Shown in pieces: positions 17,366 to 25,031 of a stretch of 31,268 nucleotides of DNA. The notes beneath the pieces are model-generated. The model saw only the letters and a list, made by a program, of their open reading frames with translations, did no database searches and was not told the origin of the DNA. Each line of letters begins with the position of its first letter. The first letter of the stretch is position 1. The position numbers and the translations under genes are program-made. Origin of the DNA: Candidatus Limnocylindria bacterium (GTDB taxonomy: Bacteria > Chloroflexota > Limnocylindria > QHBO01); assembly GCA_037721115.1 (NCBI GenBank), contig JBBJNX010000001.1, positions 1 to 31,268 on the forward strand, in the 5' to 3' direction.

Positions 17366-18182
17366 GCGGCAACTCTCGCCGGTACAAAACCAGCCGAAGC
17401 CTGATAAGACGTACGAGACGCTCCTGCATGCGCGGGACAAGAACGTCCTCACCCTCACCCTCAATCGGCCTGAAGCGCTGAATGCCCTGAACGCCACGAT
17501 GCGCGGTGAGCTGCTTGCCGCCGTCAAGGCTGGGGGGCGAGACGCGGAGATCCGCGCCATCGTCATCACCGGCGCCGGTCGTGGCTTCTGCGCGGGGGCT
17601 GACCTGCGCGGGGGAACCGGAGAACGCGAGTTTCGGCGCGTCCTCAGCACTGAGTACAACCCGCTCATTCAGGCGATCCGCGGGATCCCAAAGCCGGTGG
17701 TCGCCGCGGTGAACGGCGTTGCCGCGGGGGCAGGCGTCAGCCTGGCGCTGGCCGCCGACCTCGTGGTTGCATCGGCGCAGGCGCGGTTCGTGCCGGCCTT
17801 CAACCGCATCGGCCTCGTGCCCGACTCCGGCCTGACACGGACGCTGGTGCGAGCCCTGGGGAGGCATCGCGCATTCGAGATCCTGCTCGGTGAACGAGAG
17901 CTCACGGCCGATGAGGCCCACACCTGCGGTCTCGTCGCCGCCGTTGTGCCCGCCGAGCAGCTTGCGGACGTGACGCGGACGCTCGCCGCGCGGCTGGCTG
18001 CTGGACCGACCGGCGCCATCGGCCTGACCAAGCGGCTTGTCAATGAAGCGGAGAACGCCACGCTGCCGGAAAGTCTCGACGCCGAGGCGGCGCTGCAGGA
18101 GATCGCCGGTCGTCGCGGTGACCACGCTGAGGGGGTGGCCGCCTTCGCGGAGAAGCGAGATCCGGAGTTCGACGGCCGATGA
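17364..18182 (+). CDS. Enoyl-CoA hydratase/isomerase, PaaG-like
   Basis: TLNRPEALNAL, GFCAGADL, AVNGVAAGAG and IGLVPDSG (Asp typical of PaaG-type isomerases). No ATG near the expected start; TTG 17364 is used provisionally. Confidence 0.82.
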   Translation: MRQLSPVQNQPKPDKTYETLLHARDKNVLTLTLNRPEALNALNATMRGELLAAVKAGGRDAEIRAIVITGAGRGFCAGADLRGGTGEREFRRVLSTEYNPLIQAIRGIPKPVVAAVNGVAAGAGVSLALAADLVVASAQARFVPAFNRIGLVPDSGLTRTLVRALGRHRAFEILLGERELTADEAHTCGLVAAVVPAEQLADVTRTLAARLAAGPTGAIGLTKRLVNEAENATLPESLDAEAALQEIAGRRGDHAEGVAAFAEKRDPEFDGR

Positions 18183-19390
18183 ATGAGGTCACCACCATCG
18201 GGGTGCTCGGCGCGGGGACCATGGGCGCCGGCATCGCGCAGGTTGCCGTCGAGGCGGGGCTCGGAGTGCTCCTCCATGATCCGATCGCCGGAGCCACCGA
18301 CCGCGCGCGAGACCGAATCGGCGGGTTTCTCGCTCGCAAGGTGGAGAAGGACCAGCTGACGGAGGCGGAGCGGGCCGCGGCGGCCGACAGATTGAGCACG
18401 GTCGGGACGCTTGAACAGCTTGCCGCCGCCGAGCTGGTCATCGAGGCGATTCCGGAGGATCTTGCGCTCAAACGTGACGCGTTCCGACGGCTCGATGGCG
18501 CGGCGGAGCCGGACACAATCCTGGCCACCAACACGAGCTCGTTGGCCGTGGCGCAGATCGCATCGGCGACGGCGCATCCGGACCGAGTGATCGGTATGCA
18601 CTTCTTTAATCCCGTGCCGCTCATGGCGTTGGTGGAGGTCATTCCCGGACCCATGACGGATCAGGCGGTCGTCGACAGCGTCGCCTTCCTCGCTCGGATG
18701 CTCGGCAAGACGCCCGTCGTCGCGGCCGATACGCCCGGATTCATCGTCAACCGGGTGCAGCGCGCCTATTACCTGGAGGCCTGTCGGATCCTGGAGGAAG
18801 GGCTGGCCGACGTTGCCACCATCGACGGCACGATGCGCGAGATCGGCTTTCGACTGGGCCCATTCGAGCTCGCCGACGTGGTCGGCACCGATGTCAACCT
18901 CGCCGCCGGCACCGCCATCTTCGAGGGATTCTTCGGCGATCCGCGGTATCGCCCATCTCTCGTTCAGCGTCGCGTGGCGGATGCCGGCCGGCTCGGCCGT
19001 AAGACCGGCGCGGGATATTACGACTATGCGGCCGCTGGGACCCGTGGGCTACCCTGGTTGGGCATCACTGCCCACGCCGTCGATGCCCCGCGCATGACGC
19101 CGCTCTCCGCGGCGCAGATCGAAGCACGAATCCTGGCCGCGATCGTGAACGAGGCCGCCTCGGCGGTTGCGGACGGGGCTGCGTCACCTGGGGCGATCGA
19201 CACGGCAATGCGCCTGGCCACCAATTGGCCGGATGGTCCACTTGCCTGGGGCGAGCGCATCGGCCTGGGTTCCATCATCCGATTGCTCGATGCCCTCCAC
19301 GCGTCCGTCCCCGACGGACGCTATAGGGTCACGCCGCTGCTCCGTTCGCTGGCGGACGGAGGCGAATCCTTCTTCGCGCCGCGCAGCTAG
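18179..19390 (+). CDS. 3-hydroxyacyl-CoA dehydrogenase, PaaH-like
   Basis: GAGTMGAGIA Rossmann motif, IEAIPE, ATNTSSL, GMHFFNP, PGFIVNR, and a second shortened C-terminal domain (NEAA...IDTAMRLATNWP.GP). Confidence 0.9.
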   Translation: MNEVTTIGVLGAGTMGAGIAQVAVEAGLGVLLHDPIAGATDRARDRIGGFLARKVEKDQLTEAERAAAADRLSTVGTLEQLAAAELVIEAIPEDLALKRDAFRRLDGAAEPDTILATNTSSLAVAQIASATAHPDRVIGMHFFNPVPLMALVEVIPGPMTDQAVVDSVAFLARMLGKTPVVAADTPGFIVNRVQRAYYLEACRILEEGLADVATIDGTMREIGFRLGPFELADVVGTDVNLAAGTAIFEGFFGDPRYRPSLVQRRVADAGRLGRKTGAGYYDYAAAGTRGLPWLGITAHAVDAPRMTPLSAAQIEARILAAIVNEAASAVADGAASPGAIDTAMRLATNWPDGPLAWGERIGLGSIIRLLDALHASVPDGRYRVTPLLRSLADGGESFFAPRS

Positions 19391-19393
19391 CGA

Positions 19394-20122
19394 GTGCCGC
19401 TCTCCGGCCGTTACACGGCGGTGGTCTTCGACATGGACGGCCTGCTGCTCGACACCGAAACCCTCTGGCATGAAGCCGAGGTCGAGCTGTTTGCGCGCCG
19501 CGGGGTCGAATTCACGCGCGAGGATCAGATGCAGGTCATTGGCACAAGCTCCGACATCACCGCGCGATATTTTGCCGCACGGCTCCGCGAGCCGCACGAG
19601 CGTGGTGCCGCGCTGGTCGATGAGATGGTCGAACTCATGCACGCTCGCGTTCGGGAGCGTGTGCAGGCGCTGCCGGGCGCCGTGGAGCTGATGAACGGAG
19701 TACGCGAGCTGGGTGAGGTGCAACTGGGGCTCGCCTCGAATTCGCCGCGCTTTCTCGTCGACACTGCGCTCGCCACCGCCGGTCTGACCGATGCGTTCGA
19801 CGCGATCGTCACCTCGGACGATGTCGAGCATCCGAAGCCTGCGCCAGATATCTACCTGCTCGTCTGCAAGCGGCTCGGCGTGACTCCTTCGCATTCCCTT
19901 GCCCTCGAGGACTCTGCCTCGGGCGTCGCGGCGGCCAAGGCGGCCGGGCTGACCTGCATCGCCGTGCCCCAGTTCGCGGAGACCGATGTCTCGGCCGCGG
20001 ACCGCGTCATCTCATCCCTCGAGGAGCTCCTCGGCCGCGGACCGCGCCAACGCGTATCCTCATCGCATGTGCAGAAGCATCAAGACCCTGCGGACCGGGG
20101 CCGTGCCGGCCAGCGACGATGA
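19394..20122 (+). CDS. HAD-superfamily phosphatase (beta-phosphoglucomutase-like)
   Basis: GTG start; FDMDGLLLDTE, ASNS, KPAPDIY and LEDSASG motifs. The tail overlaps the next gene. Confidence 0.9.
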   Translation: MPLSGRYTAVVFDMDGLLLDTETLWHEAEVELFARRGVEFTREDQMQVIGTSSDITARYFAARLREPHERGAALVDEMVELMHARVRERVQALPGAVELMNGVRELGEVQLGLASNSPRFLVDTALATAGLTDAFDAIVTSDDVEHPKPAPDIYLLVCKRLGVTPSHSLALEDSASGVAAAKAAGLTCIAVPQFAETDVSAADRVISSLEELLGRGPRQRVSSSHVQKHQDPADRGRAGQRR

Positions 20123-20291
20123 GATCGGCGCTGCGGCGCTCCAGTACGTGCGCAAGGTGAGCGGTTATCGCAAGCCGTCCAGCGCCAATGAGCGGGCATT
20201 CGAAGAGGCGGTCGAGGCCGTTGTATCGGCTTCGAAGCAGTTGCTGGACGCCGTGGCCGCGACACATCCACAGTCACGTCACCATCCCTGA
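20067..20291 (+). CDS. DUF2277-family protein
   Basis: MCRSIKTL...EIGAAALQYVRKVSGYRKPSSANERAFEEAV; start moved to ATG 20067. Confidence 0.85.
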   Translation: MCRSIKTLRTGAVPASDDEIGAAALQYVRKVSGYRKPSSANERAFEEAVEAVVSASKQLLDAVAATHPQSRHHP

Positions 20292-20301
20292 GAGGGAGCG
20301 C

Positions 20302-20428
20302 GCCAACCAGATTGGCGTTGTGACCGATTGCGGGCTCGTCATCGGTCATGGTGCCAACTCAGAGGGCGTGGTGACCGAGGAATTGACCGATCAGCCGGGT
20401 TTTCGGTCGTAGGGCCAACCAGGTTGGC
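20302..20428. repeat. REP/BIME-like palindromic array, locus B
   Basis: GCCAAC-N3-(A/G)TTGGC and GACCGA-N14/24-TCGGTC palindromes alternate with N5 joints between convergent genes; one unit is degenerate (GAGGGC). Confidence 0.65.
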
Positions 20429-20452
20429 ATCGGGGGTTTGGCCGTACCGGGC

Positions 20453-21889
20453 CTAATGGCCGAGCCTGTACCCGAACAACCGTGGCAAGCGTGCGATTAG
20501 CCTCAGCAGCCATGACGGGCGGCGTCCGGCGTCGAGCGCATCGTCCTCACGAATCACGGCCTCGCGAATCATGCGTGCGCCGATGAACCGGAACGGCTCG
20601 GGCGGCAGGATCGGCTGACGACGGCCGACAAATCGAAGTGCTGACAGCGCCGGTTCACCGCCGTCCACGAGCGTGGCGAGGATGCGCCCGGCCAGCCGTG
20701 ACGGGCCGGCGCCATTGCCCGCGAACCCGTGTGCAAAATGGACGCGGCCACCGTGTGTTGAGCCGATCTCGGGAAAGCGGTTGCCGGTGATGTCGATCGG
20801 CCCGCCCCAGGCATCCTCCAGTCGAACATCCGCGAGCATTGGCAACAGATGGCGGAAGTTGGCGACGACGCGGGCGATCGCGCGACGGTCGTGCGTGAAG
20901 GTCTTTCCGATGCGTCCATCATAGCCCGCAGCCCCGACGCCGCCGCCGAAGGCGATGCGACCGTCGGGGGTGGTTCGGAAGTAGCTGATGGTAAAGCGCG
21001 AGTCGCTCAACAGCTCGCCGCCGGTCCACCCCAGATCGACCAGGCGATCGGGAATGGGCTCGGTGATGACCATGTAGCTTGCCCAGGCGAGCACGCGGCT
21101 CCGGAACCCGGGCCAGCCGCTCGCCCATGCGTTGATCGCCAGCACAGCCTGGTCTGAGGAGACGAGGCCACCGGCCGTGGCCAGGTTCACGCGACCGTCG
21201 CGTACGCGCAGCGAGCGAACGCGGGATCTCTCATAGATCCGGACGCCGCGCTCCAGCAGGACGCGACGCATCCCGCGCGCCAGTCGCGCCGGCTGGATGG
21301 AGGCAGCACTCCTCATCCACAATCCCTCGCGAAAGATCGGCGACGCGCAGACCTGTTGAACCTCGGCGGCCGACACCGAGACGAGCTGGTCTTCCGCGCC
21401 GAGGTCCCGGAGGATTGACACGGCTTCTTCCCAGTCGGGACCTTGGACAGGGAACGCGTTGACGCGCAGGTAACCGGCCTTGCTGTACCAGGCATCGACG
21501 CCGTGCTGCGTACACCAATCGCCGATGCTGTCCACGACTTCGTCTGCCTCGCGCGCGATCGCCAGCGCAGCTTGGCCGCCGTACCGGCGAGCGAGGTCCG
21601 GCAGGTTCTCCCACCAGCCGTGGACGAACCCGCCGTTGCGTCCGCTCGGTCCGCCGCCACAGATATCCTGTTCAAGGAGCACGATGCGCATGTCCGGCGC
21701 CCGCTCGGCGAGAAAGTAGGCCGTCCACATGCCCGTATACCCGCCGCCGATGATCGCGACGTCGGCATCGATCTCGTTCGCCAGGGCCGGTGCCGGTGCT
21801 GGGTCTCCCTCGGAAGCAAGCGCTTCGCGCAGCCACCAGCTGCGCTGGTGGCCGGGGCTCGGGGCGATCGAGGCGGCTGGATCGGTCAT
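20453..21889 (-). CDS. FAD-dependent oxidoreductase (DAO/PuuB-like family)
   Basis: IIGGGYTG dinucleotide motif, [25 protein letters not shown] and HGFAGNG. Confidence 0.88.
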   Translation of the reverse strand: MTDPAASIAPSPGHQRSWWLREALASEGDPAPAPALANEIDADVAIIGGGYTGMWTAYFLAERAPDMRIVLLEQDICGGGPSGRNGGFVHGWWENLPDLARRYGGQAALAIAREADEVVDSIGDWCTQHGVDAWYSKAGYLRVNAFPVQGPDWEEAVSILRDLGAEDQLVSVSAAEVQQVCASPIFREGLWMRSAASIQPARLARGMRRVLLERGVRIYERSRVRSLRVRDGRVNLATAGGLVSSDQAVLAINAWASGWPGFRSRVLAWASYMVITEPIPDRLVDLGWTGGELLSDSRFTISYFRTTPDGRIAFGGGVGAAGYDGRIGKTFTHDRRAIARVVANFRHLLPMLADVRLEDAWGGPIDITGNRFPEIGSTHGGRVHFAHGFAGNGAGPSRLAGRILATLVDGGEPALSALRFVGRRQPILPPEPFRFIGARMIREAVIREDDALDAGRRPSWLLRLIARLPRLFGYRLGH

Positions 21890-21897
21890 CGAATGGA

Positions 21898-21929
21898 GAT
21901 GCTACCTGCCGCAGTCGGGTGCTAGCATC
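21898..21929. promoter_or_regulatory. Overlapping divergent sigma70-type -10 boxes
   Basis: TAGCAT on the minus strand (21904-21899) lies 9 nt before ATG 21889. TG-C-TAGCAT on the plus strand (21920-21928) lies 8 nt before ATG 21937. Confidence 0.55.
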
Positions 21930-21936
21930 GGATCCC

Positions 21937-23163
21937 ATGCCCTCACGACCCGATCCCGCCCGCGTTCCCGTCATCGTCGATGGGGTGCGTACTCCCTTCG
22001 GACGTTACGGCGGTGCCCTGAAGGATGTCCGGCCTGACGACCTGGCGGCCCATGTCATTCGCGCGCTGGTCGAGCGGACCGGCATCGAACCCGGCAGCAT
22101 CGACGATGTGATTCTCGGGGCCGCCAACCAGGCGGGCGAGGACAACCGAAATGTCGGTCGCATGGCAGCTCTCCTCGCCGGGCTGCCGATCGAGGTCGCC
22201 GGCCAGACGGTGAATCGGCTCTGCGGCTCCGGTCTCCAGGCGGTCGTGTCGGCAGCGCACGCGATCGCCCATGGAGACGGCGACGTCATCATCGCCGGCG
22301 GCGTGGAGTCGATGACCCGCGCGCCGTTCGTGACCGCCAAGTCGTCGGCAGCCTTCCCGAGAGGCGAGCAGACGATGTATGACACCACCCTGGGCTGGCG
22401 ATTCACGAACCCGCGCCTTGCCGACGCCTACTATCCGCACTCGATGGGCGAGACGGCCGAGAACGTGGTCGATCGCTGCGGCGTCAGCCGAGAGGACCAG
22501 GACGCCTTCGCGGTGAGGTCGCAGCAGCGCTGGGCCGCCGCGAACGAGGCGGGCCGATTTGCTGACGAGATCGTGCCGATCGAGGTGCCGGACGGGCGCA
22601 CCATGCGGCTGGTCGACACCGACGAGCACCCGCGCCCGGAGGCTACCATCGAGTCACTCGGGACGCTCAAGCCTGCGTTCCGGCGCGATGCTTCAGGCTC
22701 CGTCACGGCTGGCAATAGCTCTGGCATCAACGACGGCGCGGCTGCGCTGCTGGTCATGAGCCAGGCTCGAGCGAATGAGCTCGGGATGAAGCCGATGGCG
22801 CGCATGGTCGCCTCCGCCGTCGCAGGAGTCGATCCGGCCACCATGGGCCTGGGACCGATCCCGGCCTCGCGTCGCGCGCTCGAGCGCGCCGGCATCGACG
22901 TGGACGCTCTCGATTTGGTGGAGCTCAACGAGGCGTTCGCCGCCCAGGCGGTGCCCGTGATGCGCGAGCTCGGCCTGGATCCCGAGAGGACCAACGTCAA
23001 CGGCGGCGCCATCGCCATCGGCCATCCGCTCGGCGCCTCGGGTGCCCGGCTCACGTCGACGCTGCTCCATGAGATGCGGCGCCGCGGCGCTCGCTACGGT
23101 CTTGTCACCATGTGCATCGGCGTGGGGCAGGGGATCGCGGCGGTATTCGAGGCAGTCGATTGA
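21937..23163 (+). CDS. Thiolase, PcaF/PaaJ-like (3-oxoadipyl-CoA thiolase group)
   Basis: Start ATG 21937. [46 protein letters not shown] and [11 protein letters not shown]. Confidence 0.92.
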   Translation: MPSRPDPARVPVIVDGVRTPFGRYGGALKDVRPDDLAAHVIRALVERTGIEPGSIDDVILGAANQAGEDNRNVGRMAALLAGLPIEVAGQTVNRLCGSGLQAVVSAAHAIAHGDGDVIIAGGVESMTRAPFVTAKSSAAFPRGEQTMYDTTLGWRFTNPRLADAYYPHSMGETAENVVDRCGVSREDQDAFAVRSQQRWAAANEAGRFADEIVPIEVPDGRTMRLVDTDEHPRPEATIESLGTLKPAFRRDASGSVTAGNSSGINDGAAALLVMSQARANELGMKPMARMVASAVAGVDPATMGLGPIPASRRALERAGIDVDALDLVELNEAFAAQAVPVMRELGLDPERTNVNGGAIAIGHPLGASGARLTSTLLHEMRRRGARYGLVTMCIGVGQGIAAVFEAVD

Positions 23164-23783
23164 ACCCTGATCGGCGCTGGATCAGCGTGACGGCCGCCGG
23201 CCAGGCGTCGGTCACGCCGGACATGGCCGTGGTCTCGTTCGCGGTCACGGGCACCGGGAAGGAGCTGGGCGCGACGCGCGACGATGTGAACGCTCGCTCG
23301 TCGTCGGTCCTGGCGAGCCTTCGGGAGCTAGGGACCGCGGAAGTCGACCTCAACGCACCCGATGCCATGGTCCAGCCGGAGTACGACTATCGGAAGGGTC
23401 AGCGCCTCATTGGCTATCGCGTGGCACGGCAGATGGTCGTCAGCGTGCGCGACCTCGATCGGCTGGGAGATCTGCTGGACCGTGTCGTCGGTGCTGGTGC
23501 GAACGAGGTGCATGGCGCGCAGATGAAGTCGTCTGATCCGTCAGCCGCCGAGCACGAGGCGCTTCGCCAAGCGACAGCAGCCGGGCGCGCCAAAGCCGAA
23601 GTCCTCGCGGCGGCAGCCGGCGTCACGCTCGGTGGCGTGCTGCGCATCGAGGAGGTGCTCGACGTCAACGGGCCGCCGATGCGAATGATGGCCGCGGCCG
23701 AATCGGCAGACGTGCAGACCGAGGTGGCGATCGGCGACCTGGCGGTCACCTGCCATATCCGGGCCTGGTTCGCGATCAAGTGA
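23160..23783 (+). CDS. SIMPL (DUF541) domain protein, no signal peptide
   Basis: [35 protein letters not shown] and [19 protein letters not shown]. The TTG start overlaps the thiolase TGA (TTGA). Confidence 0.85.
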   Translation: MNPDRRWISVTAAGQASVTPDMAVVSFAVTGTGKELGATRDDVNARSSSVLASLRELGTAEVDLNAPDAMVQPEYDYRKGQRLIGYRVARQMVVSVRDLDRLGDLLDRVVGAGANEVHGAQMKSSDPSAAEHEALRQATAAGRAKAEVLAAAAGVTLGGVLRIEEVLDVNGPPMRMMAAAESADVQTEVAIGDLAVTCHIRAWFAIK

Positions 23784-23828
23784 CGAGGCCCGGTCGGCAA
23801 TGCCGGCTGGCCCACGGCCCGTGGATGA

Positions 23829-24077
23829 TCAGGCCTGCGTCCGCCAGTCGCAGAACAGCGCCAGCATCCGCGCAAGAGCCTCCGGCTCGAGGTCTCGCTC
23901 GCTCAGCCTGCCGATCGCCTGCATGGTCTGGCGCATCTGATCCAGGTGGGCCCCGCACCCGTCACATTCGAGGATATGCGCTTTGAAGTCGGCCCGGGTT
24001 GCGGCCGGGAGGCTGTCCTCCATGTAGTCAGTCACGAGCTCGACGAACTCTTGACATTTCATATCGGCGGGGACCAT
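23829..24077 (-). CDS. Soluble zinc-binding anti-sigma factor (zf-HC2/ZAS)
   Basis: CQEFVELVTDYME...HILECDGC (C...HxxxCxxC); ATG 24077 is 1 nt after the sigma stop, with GAGGA RBS; no TM segment. Confidence 0.88.
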   Translation of the reverse strand: MVPADMKCQEFVELVTDYMEDSLPAATRADFKAHILECDGCGAHLDQMRQTMQAIGRLSERDLEPEALARMLALFCDWRTQA

Positions 24078-24078
24078 C

Positions 24079-24804
24079 TCAGGATTCCTCCAACAGAGCT
24101 TCCAGCGATCCACGCACGTTGGACCGCGCGCGATGCAGGAGAACACGCTGATTGGCTGCGCTGATCTCGAGCGCGAGGCAGACCTCCTCGGACGCCCAGC
24201 CCTCAATGCACCGGAGCCAGAGAACGGTCCGCTGCACCGGGGGCAGCTCTTCGATGGACGCGGCCATCAGCGCCTGCGTCTCGGCGTGCAGCAATCGTTC
24301 CTCCACGCCGCCTTCCCACTGCCTCGGCGGCCAGAGCCAGTGGCCGGGCCACTCGTGGTCACTCGGTGGAATGAATCGTTCGGGGTCGACGCTCGGCAGC
24401 GTCCGCTCGCCAAGTTCGGTGGCCATGAGCGATGAGAATGGCACGACGCGCGCCTCTCGTTGTCCGCGTCGGCGGGCCACGTTCCTGAGAATCTGAAATA
24501 TCCAGGTACGCAGGGAGGACCGACCCTCGAAGGCTGTCAGTCCGTCGAGCACCGCGATCCATGTGTCCTGCACGACGTCCTCGGCGGCCGCCGAGGACGC
24601 CACATGGGCCCGAGCGACCCTGTACATCAAGGCGTGATGCGTCACCACCAGGCGCTCGAATTCTTCGGTGTCCCCGCTGCGCAATCGATGCAGTTGGGCC
24701 GCGTCGGTGAGCACGCCGCGGTCGACAACCTGTCCAGCGTCGATCTTCGCCTCGCCCGTTCGAGGTGGCGTTGTCTCGCCGGCGTCTACCCATACTCCAG
24801 CCAT
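24079..24804 (-). CDS. ECF sigma-70 factor
   Basis: Region 2 (AAEDVVQDTWIAVL...FEGRSSLRTWIFQILRN), Trp-rich linker RF...WPGHWLWPPRQW, and region 4 (LPPVQRTVLWLR...NQRVLLHRARS). Confidence 0.92.
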   Translation of the reverse strand: MAGVWVDAGETTPPRTGEAKIDAGQVVDRGVLTDAAQLHRLRSGDTEEFERLVVTHHALMYRVARAHVASSAAAEDVVQDTWIAVLDGLTAFEGRSSLRTWIFQILRNVARRRGQREARVVPFSSLMATELGERTLPSVDPERFIPPSDHEWPGHWLWPPRQWEGGVEERLLHAETQALMAASIEELPPVQRTVLWLRCIEGWASEEVCLALEISAANQRVLLHRARSNVRGSLEALLEES

Positions 24805-24862
24805 GCGCGATTCCCTGGTTTGCGTCCAAGCCTCAGCGATCGGGTTCTGGGGCGTGAACCAC

Positions 24863-24889
24863 GACGGAAGCTACCACCGGGATGTGACG
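24863..24889 (-). promoter_or_regulatory. Candidate ECF promoter upstream of the sigma gene
   Basis: Minus strand CGTCAC-N17-CGTC, about 60 nt upstream of ATG 24804; it resembles the generic ECF -35/-10 layout. Confidence 0.3.
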
Positions 24890-24933
24890 GGCGCATGACC
24901 ATGCTGTGATGCTCCTCAGATATTCTCCCTTCG

Positions 24934-24959
24934 TGTAACGGACGGTGCGGGCTGCGTAA
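24934..24959 (+). promoter_or_regulatory. Candidate ECF promoter upstream of the Mo-enzyme operon
   Basis: TGTAAC-N15-CGTAA resembles recalled B. subtilis SigX/SigW-type consensus; the spacer is 1 nt short. Confidence 0.35.
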
Positions 24960-25031
24960 CTGTCCTTTCGTCACGGGATGTCGGCCGAGCTGCTTCATCA
25001 GTCCGTCAACTTCCCGAGGAAGGATGCGTAG

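Noticed and set aside
20302-20428. CRISPR or TIGR-type guide array interpretation of the palindromic repeats
   Set aside because: Too few units, variable parts only 3-24 nt, and no cas or Nop-domain gene in the window. A REP/BIME-like reading fits better.
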